Assembly (NCBI GenBank): GCA_031366795.1
Contig: JANLOX010000242.1
Location: 1 to 48,466, forward strand
DNA length: 48,466 nt
From: Candidatus Eiseniibacteriota bacterium
GTDB lineage: Bacteria > Eisenbacteria > RBG-16-71-46
Direction of reading: 5' to 3'
Under the pieces are notes generated by a model. It was not told where the DNA came from. It saw nothing but the letters and a program-made list of their open reading frames with translations, and did no database searches. Positions 8,178 to 17,640 of this stretch are shown here, piece by piece (position 1 is the first letter of the stretch; every line of letters starts with the position of its first letter). Made by a program: the position numbers and the translations under genes.

Positions 8178-9361
8178 TGACGGCAGCCAAGGCAACGCCC
8201 CGCTCGCCCAAGCAAACCGCCGCACCGCGCAAGCGGGTGCATCGTCGCAAGCACCGCATCGGCATCACCTGCTACTCGCATTTCGGCGGCAGCGGTGTGG
8301 TGGCGACGGAGTTGGGACGCGCGCTCGCGCGGCGCGGCTACGAAGTGCACTTCATCGCTCACCGGCTGCCGTTCCGGCTGCGCGCGTTCGAGTCAAATGT
8401 GTTCTTCCACGAAGTCGCCACGGCGAACTATCCCGTGTTCGATCACTCGCCGAGCAATCTCGCGCTGTCCACCAAGATGGTGGAGGTGGTCGAGCACTAC
8501 GACCTGGACCTGCTGCACGTGCACTACGCCATGCCGTTCGCGGCCAGCGCGTACCTTGCCCGTCAGTTGCTCTTGCCGCGCACCCTCGGTGTCGTTACCA
8601 CGCTGCATGGTACCGATATCACGGTGGTGGGAGTGGAGCCCGCGTTCTTCCGCGTCACGCAGTTCAGCGTCCAGCAGAGCGATCGCGTCACCGCGGTGAG
8701 CCGCTTCCTCAAGGAGCGCGCCGAAGAGACCTTCGGCATCACCCGGCCCATCGAAGTGGTCTACAACTTCGTCGACTCCAGCGTGTTCGCCCCGCGCCGC
8801 CGCGGCCTGCCCCGGCTGGTGCCGCCCGAGACCCGCGTCGTGATGCATGCCTCCAACTTCCGCGAGGTCAAGAACATACCGGCGGTGATTCAGGTGTTCG
8901 CGGAGGTGCGCAAGCAGGTCCAGTCCAAGCTGGTGTTGATCGGCGATGGCCCCGAGAAGGCGCCCGCCGAGCAGCTGGTTCGCGAGCTGGGTATCGAGCG
9001 GGACGTGCTGTTCCTCGGCAACCAGGACTGCATGGAGGAATTGCTGCCTTTAGCCGATATCTTCTTATTGCCCAGCCGCTCCGAAAGCTTTGGGCTTGCG
9101 GCACTCGAGGCGATGAGCGCCGAGGTTCCGGTGGTTGCCTCGAATGCCGGCGGGTTGCCGGAAGTGATCGACCATGGCGTGACGGGCTACATGCATGATC
9201 CTGGTCACATCGCGGGGTTCGTCGCATCCTCGCTTCGACTACTGGGCAATGAGAAGCTTCGCCGCACCATGGGACGCAGGGCGCGACGCGTGGCCATCGA
9301 CCGTTTCGATCCCGAGGAAATGGTCAGCCGTTACATCAAGGTGTACGACTCACTGAGGTAG
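8177..9361 (+). CDS. bshA: N-acetyl-alpha-D-glucosaminyl L-malate synthase BshA (GT4)
   Basis: IGITCYSHFGGSGVVATELG, LLHVHYAMP, TTLHGTDIT, HASNFREVK and ESFGLAALEAM motifs; TGATG coupling to bshB1. Confidence 0.93.
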   Translation: MTAAKATPRSPKQTAAPRKRVHRRKHRIGITCYSHFGGSGVVATELGRALARRGYEVHFIAHRLPFRLRAFESNVFFHEVATANYPVFDHSPSNLALSTKMVEVVEHYDLDLLHVHYAMPFAASAYLARQLLLPRTLGVVTTLHGTDITVVGVEPAFFRVTQFSVQQSDRVTAVSRFLKERAEETFGITRPIEVVYNFVDSSVFAPRRRGLPRLVPPETRVVMHASNFREVKNIPAVIQVFAEVRKQVQSKLVLIGDGPEKAPAEQLVRELGIERDVLFLGNQDCMEELLPLADIFLLPSRSESFGLAALEAMSAEVPVVASNAGGLPEVIDHGVTGYMHDPGHIAGFVASSLRLLGNEKLRRTMGRRARRVAIDRFDPEEMVSRYIKVYDSLR

Positions 9362-9366
9362 TCCGC

Positions 9367-10162
9367 ATGGCGTCTCCATCGCGACGGATCGCGATCCTTG
9401 CCGAGGGGCAGTTCGTGCCGTTCGAGGCGAAGACGGCGATCGGTCTGCTGCGCTACCGGCCCGAGGATGTCGTCGCGGTCATCGATTCGCGGCGCGCCGG
9501 CGCCACGGCGCAGGAATGCGTGGGGACCGGGGGTGCCACCCCCGTGGTCGCAGGCGTCGATGCGGCCCACGCGATGGGCGCCAACACGCTGGTCATCGGT
9601 ATTGCGCCCGCGGGCGGCCAGCTGCCCAAAGCGTGGCGGCCGATCCTCGAAGCGGCGCTCGATCGGGGCTGGCGCGTTGTTTCCGGCATGCATTCGTTTC
9701 TCGGCGACGATCCCGAACTCGCCACGCGCGCCGCGGCGCACGGTGGCGCGCTCGAAGATGTGCGCCGCCCGCCCCGCAACATCCGCATCGGGCTCAAGCG
9801 CGCGGCACAGCTCGACGCGCTCGTCGTGCTGACGGTGGGCACCGATTGCAATGTCGGCAAGATGACGGCCTCGCTCGAAGTGCAGCGGGCTTTGAATGAA
9901 CGCGGGGTGCCGACGGCATTCGTCGCCAGCGGCCAGACCGGCATCCTCGCTCGCAGCCGCGAGCTGGGTGCACCCTGCCCGGCTTGCCGCGGTGGCGCTC
10001 AACACGTGGGGCACGGCGGAGGGGCAGGCGCGCGAGGCGTGCGATGCCGCAGCGCGCTCACTGCAGGTTCCCGTCACCGACCCGATTCGCTTTGGACCCG
10101 ATGTGATCGCCGAGGCGTTGCTGACGTTGCGCGCCGAGCGCGCCGCGGTCCGGCACTCTTGA
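9367..10162 (+). pseudogene. DUF1611 family (DgcN-like P-loop protein), internally deleted and frameshifted
   Basis: One frame gives AKTAIGLLRY...VGTDCNVGKMT...ASGQTGIL (to 9948); the family C-terminus (AVALNT...PVTDPIRFG) is in a different frame, 9950-10162; the central EGQGS-containing part is missing. Confidence 0.75.
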
Positions 10163-10176
10163 AGAGAGGACGCTGA

Positions 10177-11190
10177 ATGCAACTGCGCCACGAACCGCTC
10201 GATCTCGCCACCGCCTTCGAATTCCGCATCGCGCACGGCGTCCGGCGCGGCCACGCCAATACCCTCGTGACGCTCGAGCACGAGGGAATCGAAGGATGGG
10301 GGGAGGCCTCACCCTCGCACTACTACGGCGAGACGCGCGAACTCGTCGAGGCTGCGCTCGCGACGTGGGCGCCGCACCTGGGCGAAGACCCGTTCGCTTT
10401 CGACGCCATCGATGCGCGGTTGCACGCCGTGCTGCAGGGACATGGCGCGGCGCGCGCGGGCATCGACAGTGCCCTGCACGACTGGGTGGGCAAGAAGCTC
10501 GGGCAACCGGTGTGGAAGCTGTTCGGCCTCGACGCCGCACAAACACCGCTGTCGTGCGTCACGCTCGGCATGGCTCCGCGAGAGGAAATGGAACGCAAGC
10601 TCGAGACGGTGCGCGACTTCCCGGCCCTCAAGGTCAAGCTCGGCGCACCCGGCGACGTCGAGAACCTTGAGCGCATCCGCGCCGGTTACAAGGGCAAGCT
10701 GCGGATCGATGCCAACGCGGCGTGGTCTGCCGCTGACGCGGTGCGGGTGCTGCGGCGCGTGGAGAGGCTCGATCTCGAACTCGTGGAGCAGCCGGTGGCG
10801 CGCGGCGATCTGGACGGCCTGCGCTGGGTGCGCGAGCGCAGCGGCATCCCGGTGTTCGCCGATGAGAGCGTGCATCACGCCAGCGACATCGCGCAGCTGG
10901 TGGGGCGCGTCGATGGCGTGAACCTCAAGCTGATGAAGTCCGGCACGCTGCGCGAGATGCAGCGAACGATTCACGCCGCGCGCGCCCACGGCATGCAGGT
11001 GATGCTCGGCTCGATGGTGGAATCGAGCCTTGCGCTGTCCGCCGCGGCGCAGCTGGCGCCGCTCGCCGACTATCTCGATCTCGACGGCCACTGGCTGCTG
11101 GCGAAGGATCCATTCAGCGGCGCGCCGGGTGAGCGCGGCCGCATCGAGTTGTCGCAGCGTCCCGGACTAGGAGTTTCACGCACCCCGTGA
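10177..11190 (+). CDS. Dipeptide epimerase (L-Ala-D/L-Glu epimerase / DgcA-like; enolase superfamily, MLE subgroup)
   Basis: KVKLG, RIDANAAW, VEQP, ADES, NLKLMKSG and DLDG motifs. Confidence 0.9.
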   Translation: MQLRHEPLDLATAFEFRIAHGVRRGHANTLVTLEHEGIEGWGEASPSHYYGETRELVEAALATWAPHLGEDPFAFDAIDARLHAVLQGHGAARAGIDSALHDWVGKKLGQPVWKLFGLDAAQTPLSCVTLGMAPREEMERKLETVRDFPALKVKLGAPGDVENLERIRAGYKGKLRIDANAAWSAADAVRVLRRVERLDLELVEQPVARGDLDGLRWVRERSGIPVFADESVHHASDIAQLVGRVDGVNLKLMKSGTLREMQRTIHAARAHGMQVMLGSMVESSLALSAAAQLAPLADYLDLDGHWLLAKDPFSGAPGERGRIELSQRPGLGVSRTP

Positions 11191-12632
11191 GCCCCAAGCT
11201 CAAAGCCTACCTCGTCGCGGTGCACGCGATCGCGCTGCTGGTCCTCGCGGTGACGTTTCCGTATTTGGTGCCGGCGCGCTGGGGGGACTACGCGGCGTGG
11301 ATCGCGATCGAGCTGATCGTGGGTGGCCTGTGGCTGCCGACCATGTCGGGCACCGGAACCGTGACGATGGCTTCGAGCACGGGCCTGGCGACGGTGATGT
11401 TGTGGGGGATGGGCCCCGCCTGCTGGATCATCACGATCGGCACGCTGCTCGCGGAATTGCTGCTGCTCAAGAAGCCGTTAATCCGGGCGAGCTTCAATTC
11501 GGCGCAGATCGCGATCACGGTTTTGGTCGCCGGCTGGGCGTTCGGCCACTGCGGTGGACCGATTCTGGGTCTGGCTTCGATGAGCCACCTGAATACCGGC
11601 GCCATGACGGCGTTCAAGCTGGCGCCCGCGGTGTTGGTGATGTTCGCCGCCTACCTCGCGGTCAATCGCGCGCTGGTCGCCGTGGCGGTGTCGTGGTCCA
11701 CCGATCGCCCCTACTTCAAGGTGCTGCGTGAGGACTGGTTCTACACCGAGCGCCTGATCGAAGACGGCGCGGCGTTCCTGCTCAGCCCCCTCATGGTGCT
11801 ATCGTTCCAAGCCATCGGTTACGTGGGTGCCGGGCTGTTCTATGTGCCGCTGCGGCTGTTCAACGAATCGCACCGCCGCTACCTTGAGTTGCAGAAGGCC
11901 CAGCGCATGTTGATCTACAGCGAGCGGATGGCGGCCAAGGGCGAACTGTCGGCGGAGATTGGCCATGAACTGCGCAACATCCTCACGGCGATCACGTCGC
12001 AGGCCCAGATGATCTCGAAGGAAGCCGAGAAGGAGTCATACACGAACCTGCCGCGGCGCGTGCAGACGATCAAGGAGCAATCCAAGCGCATGGAAACCAT
12101 GTCGCGCGGCCTGATGGACTTCTCCCACTCGGCGCTCGAGATGGAGCGTGTCGACGTCAACGCGCTGCTGGGCCGCACCATCGAACTCGTCAGCTCGACG
12201 AACCGCTTCGATGGTGTCGAATGGGAAACCCACTTCTGCGAACTGGCGCCCGAGTTGCGCGCCGATCCCGGCCAGTTGCAGCAGGTGGTGCTGAACCTGC
12301 TCAATAACGCCGCCGACGCCATGAACGAGATGCATGAGGCGACCGCCGCCGAGCGCAGGCCCAAGCGGCTCATCATCACGACCTTGCGGGACGACGCCAC
12401 GCGGCAGGTGACGATCCAGGTCGCCGACACGGGGCCCGGTATTCCGCCCTCGAATCTCGCGCGCATCTTCGATCCGCAGTTCACCACCAAGCCGACCGGT
12501 CACGGCTTCGGATTGTCGACGTCGTACCGCATCATTGAGAACCACAAGGGCCGCATCGCCGTCGCCAGCCCGTCCGGCGAAGGCGCCTGCTTCACCCTCA
12601 CCCTACCCATGCAGGGGCAGGGCACGTGGTGA
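11187..12632 (+). CDS. Membrane-bound sensor histidine kinase (multi-TM N-terminus, HisKA + HATPase)
   Basis: GHELRN H-box, NLLNNAADA N-box, DTGPGI, FTTK and GFGL; GTGA overlap with the upstream gene. Confidence 0.9.
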   Translation: MSPKLKAYLVAVHAIALLVLAVTFPYLVPARWGDYAAWIAIELIVGGLWLPTMSGTGTVTMASSTGLATVMLWGMGPACWIITIGTLLAELLLLKKPLIRASFNSAQIAITVLVAGWAFGHCGGPILGLASMSHLNTGAMTAFKLAPAVLVMFAAYLAVNRALVAVAVSWSTDRPYFKVLREDWFYTERLIEDGAAFLLSPLMVLSFQAIGYVGAGLFYVPLRLFNESHRRYLELQKAQRMLIYSERMAAKGELSAEIGHELRNILTAITSQAQMISKEAEKESYTNLPRRVQTIKEQSKRMETMSRGLMDFSHSALEMERVDVNALLGRTIELVSSTNRFDGVEWETHFCELAPELRADPGQLQQVVLNLLNNAADAMNEMHEATAAERRPKRLIITTLRDDATRQVTIQVADTGPGIPPSNLARIFDPQFTTKPTGHGFGLSTSYRIIENHKGRIAVASPSGEGACFTLTLPMQGQGTW

Positions 12633-13612
12633 TGGCGGACCCTGTTGTGGAGCAAACGCCTTCGCTACAGGCGCTGGTGGTGCGTGTGGATTTCGGCGGC
12701 TGCATCCTGCGCGCCGCGGACGGCGGCGTCATCGAAGCTACGGCGCGCGGGCGCCTGATGGGGCGGCGCAAGGCGCTCGGCAACAAGGTCGTGGTGGGCG
12801 ATCGCGCCAGCCTCTCGCGCGAGGGCGAGCGCATGATGATCGATTCGGTCGAGCCGCGACGCAATGCGTTCTCGCGCCGCGCCGCCGGCGAGCGCGCCGC
12901 CGAGCAGGTGGTGGCCGTCAATATCGACCAGGTGCTGGTGGTGGCGGCGGTGCGCGATCCCGAGTTCCGTCCCGGTTTCGTCGATCGCGTCCTGGCGCAA
13001 GCGGAACACGCGAAGATCTTAGGCCGGCTGGTGCTCAACAAGTGCGACCTGAGCAATGCGGCGCAGTGGCGCTCGCTGCTCGAGGACTACGGACAGGCGG
13101 GCTACCCGGGAATTGCCGTCTCGGCGCGCACCGGGATGTCGATCGACGCGCTGCGCGAACTGTGCCGGGACCGCCGGAGCCTGCTGATCGGGCATTCCGG
13201 TGTCGGCAAGAGCACCTTGTTGAACGCCTTGTTCCCCGATCTCGCCTTGCGCGAGGGCGCGGTGAACCTCAAGACGGGCAAGGGCCGCCACACCACGACC
13301 GCCGCGGTGCTGTTGTTCCCCGAGGCAGGCCTCGAGTTGATCGATACGCCGGGCGTACGAACGTTTGGGCTGTGGGGCGTGGGCGCTGAGGACCTCGAGC
13401 AAGCGTACCCGGAGTTCCGCCCGTTCCTTGGCAACTGCCGCTTCGCCGACTGCAAGCACAGCCGCGAGCCCGGTTGCGCCCTGCTCGAAGCGCGCGACTC
13501 AGGCGCGATTCCCGCGCGCCGCATGGACTCGTTCCTCAAGTTGCGCGAGGAGCTGCGCGCCGAAGCCGGCGCCCAGGGCGGGCGCGTGCGCACGCCGGAT
13601 CCGTGGGGATGA
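12632..13612 (+). CDS. rsgA: Ribosome small subunit-dependent GTPase A
   Basis: Circularly permuted G motifs NKCD, GHSGVGKS, GRHTTT, DTPG; CRFADCKHSREPGC zinc site. Confidence 0.95.
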   Translation: MADPVVEQTPSLQALVVRVDFGGCILRAADGGVIEATARGRLMGRRKALGNKVVVGDRASLSREGERMMIDSVEPRRNAFSRRAAGERAAEQVVAVNIDQVLVVAAVRDPEFRPGFVDRVLAQAEHAKILGRLVLNKCDLSNAAQWRSLLEDYGQAGYPGIAVSARTGMSIDALRELCRDRRSLLIGHSGVGKSTLLNALFPDLALREGAVNLKTGKGRHTTTAAVLLFPEAGLELIDTPGVRTFGLWGVGAEDLEQAYPEFRPFLGNCRFADCKHSREPGCALLEARDSGAIPARRMDSFLKLREELRAEAGAQGGRVRTPDPWG

Positions 13613-14835
13613 TCGCGGCCCCGCGCTGGAACCCCGCGCTGCTCGGCTTCGCCTGCCCCGTGTGCGCGCGGCTCGTGGCTCCCGCGGACACCCTGCGCGA
13701 TCCCATTTGCGCCGCCTGCGCGCAACCGCTGCTGGCGCGCTACGATTTCGAGCGCGTGCGGGTTTCGCAACCGCGCGAAGCGCTCGGTCGCAACGGCCGC
13801 GATCTGTGGCGTTATGGCGAGGTGTTGCCCTTCACGCGGCCGTGTCCCGAGTTGAGATTGGGTGAGGGTGGCACGCCGCTCGTGCCGCTGCCGCGCCTGG
13901 CGCGCGCGCTGGGGCTGGGCGAATTGTGGCTCAAGGACGAAGCCGCGAACGCGACGCAATCATTCAAGGCGCGCGGGCTTTCGCTCGCGGTGCACGGCGC
14001 GCTGGCGCTCAATCGCGGCGCCATCGCCCTGCCCTCGGCGGGCAATGCCGGGAGTGCCGCGGCAGCCTACGCCGCCGCCGCCGGCCTGCGCTGCCGCATC
14101 GCCATCCCAAAAGATACGCCCGAGCCGTTCGTGCTCGAGCAGCGGGCACTGGGAGCCGACGTGAAGCTCGTGCAGGGAACGATCGCCGATGCCGGCCGCG
14201 CGCTGGGCGCCTGGGCGCCGCCGCCCGAGTGGTGGAACGTCGCGACCTTTCGCGAACCGTTCCGGCTCGAGGGCAAGAAGACGCTTGGGCTGGAAATCGC
14301 CGAGCAACTCGAGTGGCGACTGCCGGATTCCATTTTCTATCCCACGGGCGGTGGCACTGGACTGGTGGGGATGTGGCGCGCGTTTGATGAGCTGCGCACG
14401 CTCGGTTGGATCCGCGACGCATCACCGCGGCTCGTCTCGGTGCAGGCCGCAGGTTGCGCGCCGGTCGTGCGCGCCTACGAGTCCGGCGCGACACGTACCG
14501 AAGCGTGGGAGGGTGCGGTGACCCAGGCGAGCGGCCTGCGCGTTCCCTCACCGTTCGCCGGGCCGCTGATTCTCACCGCGGTGCGCGAGACGTACGGTTG
14601 GGCGAGTGCCGTCAGCGAGGACGCCATGCTCGACGGCATGCTCGAACTCGCGCGCGAGGCCGGCTGTTTCGCCTGCCCCGAGGGCGGCGCCACGCTGGCG
14701 GCGTTGCGTTCGGCGCGCGCCTCGAACCAGGTGCGCGAGGGGGAGCGCGTGGTCATCTTCAACACCGGCAGCGGTCTCAAGTATCCAGAAGCGTGGCGGG
14801 CAGCCTTGGCGCGCGCCGGCGCACGTCACGCCTGA
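13609..14835 (+). CDS. thrC: Threonine synthase (fold-type II PLP enzyme with N-terminal CxxC..CxxC)
   Basis: LGEGGTPL, TQSFKARG (PLP Lys), SAGNAG, EGKKT, PTGGG and NTGSGLKY motifs; ATGA overlap with rsgA. Confidence 0.85.
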   Translation: MIAAPRWNPALLGFACPVCARLVAPADTLRDPICAACAQPLLARYDFERVRVSQPREALGRNGRDLWRYGEVLPFTRPCPELRLGEGGTPLVPLPRLARALGLGELWLKDEAANATQSFKARGLSLAVHGALALNRGAIALPSAGNAGSAAAAYAAAAGLRCRIAIPKDTPEPFVLEQRALGADVKLVQGTIADAGRALGAWAPPPEWWNVATFREPFRLEGKKTLGLEIAEQLEWRLPDSIFYPTGGGTGLVGMWRAFDELRTLGWIRDASPRLVSVQAAGCAPVVRAYESGATRTEAWEGAVTQASGLRVPSPFAGPLILTAVRETYGWASAVSEDAMLDGMLELAREAGCFACPEGGATLAALRSARASNQVREGERVVIFNTGSGLKYPEAWRAALARAGARHA

Positions 14836-15014
14836 GTCGCGCGAGGAGCGCGGTTGAGCCCGCCGTGGGAGCGGGGAGGCGCGTTGCCTCCGGGGAGCGT
14901 ATGATGCCCGGGCTTGCAGGACGAGCGTTCACATCGTGAAGTGATGAAGAGGTGTCTACCGCCGTTGGCGTCACCACTCGAGGTGACTCAGCTGGTGCCA
15001 AGGAGGCTACAGGT

Positions 15015-15782
15015 ATGCCCGGATTCCTCGGAGTGGCATTGGTCGCACTGGTTGTCCTCGGCCTGATCCTGCTGGCCAGTTCCGTTCGCGTCGTGCGCGA
15101 GTACGAGCGGCTGGTCGTGTTTCGCCTGGGGCGCCTGATCGGGGAACGCGGTCCCGGCCTGGTGCTGCTGTGGCCGGGCATCGACCGCAGCGTGCGCGTC
15201 GGCCTGCGCACGGTGACGATGGACGTCCCCTCGCAGGACATCATCACCAAGGACAATGTCTCGGCGAAGGTTAACGCAGTCATCTACTTCCACGTGATGA
15301 GCGCCACGCAGGCGGTAAACAAGGTCGAGAACTACCTCTACGCCACATCCCAGTTGGCGCAGACCACGCTGCGTTCGATCCTCGGCCAGCAGGAACTTGA
15401 TGAACTGCTGTCCGAACGCGAGAAGTTCAACCAGGCGCTGCAGCAGGTGATCGACCGCCAGACCGAGAACTGGGGTGTCAAGGTCACCAATGTCGAAGTG
15501 AAGAATGTCGACCTGCCGCAGGAGATGCAGCGCGCCATCGCGCGCCAGGCCGAAGCCGAGCGCGAACGGCGGGCCAAGGTCATCAATGCCGAGGGCGAAT
15601 ACCAGGCTGCGGGCCGGTTGGCCGAGGCCGCGGCGATCATCGCGCGTGAACCCACCGCACTCCAGCTGCGCTACCTGCAGACGCTCGCCGAGATTGCGAC
15701 GGAGAACAATTCGACGACGATCTTCCCGGTGCCCGTCGACATGCTGAAGACGTTCATGGAATCGGCGACGAAGCGCGCGTGA
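15015..15782 (+). CDS. SPFH/band 7 (stomatin/slipin) family membrane protein
   Basis: N-terminal [39 protein letters not shown] and [10 protein letters not shown] motifs; AGGAGG at 15001-15006. Confidence 0.93.
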   Translation: MPGFLGVALVALVVLGLILLASSVRVVREYERLVVFRLGRLIGERGPGLVLLWPGIDRSVRVGLRTVTMDVPSQDIITKDNVSAKVNAVIYFHVMSATQAVNKVENYLYATSQLAQTTLRSILGQQELDELLSEREKFNQALQQVIDRQTENWGVKVTNVEVKNVDLPQEMQRAIARQAEAERERRAKVINAEGEYQAAGRLAEAAAIIAREPTALQLRYLQTLAEIATENNSTTIFPVPVDMLKTFMESATKRA

Positions 15783-15831
15783 GCGCCCGCGGCGACGGTC
15801 GTTGCGCGCTGCGCGTGGGATGGGAACCGGC

Positions 15832-16764
15832 ATGAGCGGGGCACCCGAGGCGCCCATGCGCGTCGGCATCACCGGCGCCAGCGGCCTGATCGGCAATGCG
15901 CTGACGCGCGAGCTCACGCGCCGCGGGCACCGCGTGGTGAAGCTGGTGCGCCGCGTGCCCGCTTCGCGCGACGAGGCGCGCTGGTCGCCCGAGGTCGGCA
16001 TCGAGCCCTCCGAGGGCTCGCACGGGCTCGATGCGGTGGTGCACCTGGCGGGGGAGAACATCGCGGCCTCACGCTGGACGCCTGCGCGCAAACGCCTGCT
16101 GCGGGACAGCCGCGTCAGTGCCACGCGCGCGCTGGCAGGGTCGCTGTCGCGGCTGGGATCGCACGTCCCGACCCTCGTCACGGCTTCGGCGATCGGAATC
16201 TACGGCTCGCGCGGCGACGAAGTGCTGAGCGAGGCGAGTGCTCCCGGGACCGGCTTCCTCCCCGAACTCGCGTGCGAGTGGGAAGCCGCCGCGAGCCCCG
16301 CGCGCGACGCCGGCACGCGCGTCGTGGCGGGGCGATTCGGGCTCGTGTTATCGCGCGAGGGCGGGCTGCTCGAGCGTTTGCTGCCGCCGTTCCGCTGGGG
16401 GCTGGGAGGGCCAGTGGGCGATCCGCGAGCATGGTGGAGTTGGGTCACGCTCGAGGACGCGGTCGGGGTTCTCATCCACGCGCTGACGCATCCGGCGATC
16501 GAGGGGCCATGCAACGCGGTGGCTCCGGGTGCGGTCTGCAATGGCGTCTTCGCAGGCGCCCTTGGCCAGGCCCTGCACCGGCCCGCCTTGCTCCCCGTGC
16601 CCGCGTTCGCCCTGCGATTACTGCTCGGCGAAATGGCGGATGAGATGATCCTTGCAAGTCTGCACGTGATCCCCGCCCGCGCGCTCGAGACGGGGTATGT
16701 CTTTCGACACCCCGAGCTGGCCGGTGCGCTCAAGGCGGTACTCGCGCCCGGCGCCGCCCGGTGA
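15832..16764 (+). CDS. TIGR01777/YfcH-like NAD-dependent epimerase (start 15832 or 15856)
   Basis: GITGASGLIG, AVVHLAGENIA..RWT, ASAIGIYG, GLGGPVG and C-terminal DUF1731-like VPAFALRLLLGEMA. Confidence 0.88.
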   Translation: MSGAPEAPMRVGITGASGLIGNALTRELTRRGHRVVKLVRRVPASRDEARWSPEVGIEPSEGSHGLDAVVHLAGENIAASRWTPARKRLLRDSRVSATRALAGSLSRLGSHVPTLVTASAIGIYGSRGDEVLSEASAPGTGFLPELACEWEAAASPARDAGTRVVAGRFGLVLSREGGLLERLLPPFRWGLGGPVGDPRAWWSWVTLEDAVGVLIHALTHPAIEGPCNAVAPGAVCNGVFAGALGQALHRPALLPVPAFALRLLLGEMADEMILASLHVIPARALETGYVFRHPELAGALKAVLAPGAAR

Positions 16765-16790
16765 GGCCGTTCCCCAAGGGCATGGAGCTC

Positions 16791-16819
16791 TTGACCCATT
16801 TGGGTTCGCCTTCTAATGT
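16791..16819 (+). promoter_or_regulatory. Sigma70 promoter, probably leaderless, for the downstream lipoprotein
   Basis: TTGACC (16791-16796), 17 nt, TAATGT (16814-16819), 7 nt, GTG (16827). Confidence 0.5.
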
Positions 16820-16826
16820 CGCCTCT

Positions 16827-17504
16827 GTGCGAACCCTTTACACAGTGATCGGGATGGCTGCGATGCTGGTCGCGACAGCAATTACGGGCGGTTGCTCGTC
16901 GTCGCCGGCGCCGCAGGGGAGTGCGGCACCCGCCAATGTCGCCTTGCCGGTCGCCAAGCAACCCGAGCCGCAGAACAACATCGTGACCGGCGGCGCCGAC
17001 TCGGTCGGCTCGATTCCGGGATCGCCGGGCGCGCAGTTTGTTTATGTGTTCCGCCAGACCGATCCCGCCAATGATCGCTTCACGTTCCAGGATCGCGACC
17101 TGTCTTTCTACTTCCGCCCGTCTCCCACGGTGTTGCATTTCCAGGTCGAGAACCGCCAGGACCGGCCGGTGTGGATCGAGTGGGACAAGTGTTCGTTTTC
17201 CGATTCCTACGGCGGCCAGAAGCGTCTGGCGAATTCCGAGACCACCTGGTCGCAGCGTTACTCGTCCCTTCCGGCGACGCAAATCATCGGGCTGCAGCGC
17301 TACAGCAATTACGTTTTCCCGATCGACTACATGATCGATCCGGGTTCCTCGATCGAGCAGCTCCACCGGCCGTTGTTTCCGGAGGACAAGAGTGCTCCCC
17401 AGTACGTCGACCGTGAGTTCGCCGTGACGCTGGCGTTCCGTTTCCAGGATCGTCTGCAAGCGTATCCGTTCCGCTTCAAGGTTCGCAGCGTCCTGCCGCG
17501 TTGA
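16827..17504 (+). CDS. Hypothetical lipoprotein
   Basis: Signal peptide ending ATAITGG-C, Pro/Ala/Ser linker, beta-rich globular domain; typical codon usage. Confidence 0.7.
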   Translation: MRTLYTVIGMAAMLVATAITGGCSSSPAPQGSAAPANVALPVAKQPEPQNNIVTGGADSVGSIPGSPGAQFVYVFRQTDPANDRFTFQDRDLSFYFRPSPTVLHFQVENRQDRPVWIEWDKCSFSDSYGGQKRLANSETTWSQRYSSLPATQIIGLQRYSNYVFPIDYMIDPGSSIEQLHRPLFPEDKSAPQYVDREFAVTLAFRFQDRLQAYPFRFKVRSVLPR

Positions 17505-17533
17505 CCACGCCGTCAGGGGGCGCGGGAAGGGGT

Positions 17534-17640
17534 GGGGAATCGCCCCCTTTCATGGGCCGGAATACCCCGAATTCGCGGGAATAATCCCATCGCGGCACCT
17601 GAAGATGATCTTGTGATGACCCGGTCCTGACAGGTACAAT
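17534..17640 (+). promoter_or_regulatory. Promoter region of the giant gene: three GGAAT-N-CCC motifs followed by TTGTGA-18-TACAAT
   Basis: GGAAT at 17536, 17559 and 17578 (last is in near-palindrome GGGAATAATCCC); TTGTGA 17611-17616; TACAAT 17635-17640. Confidence 0.4.

Noticed and set aside
6714..8225. 503-aa minus-strand ORF
   Set aside because: Antisense shadow of bshC/bshB1; stop-poor because of high GC3; no motifs.
9949..10176. C-terminal 75 aa of the 269-aa ORF 9367..10176 (with CPAC)
   Set aside because: Out-of-frame read-through after the deletion junction; the real DUF1611 tail is in the other frame.
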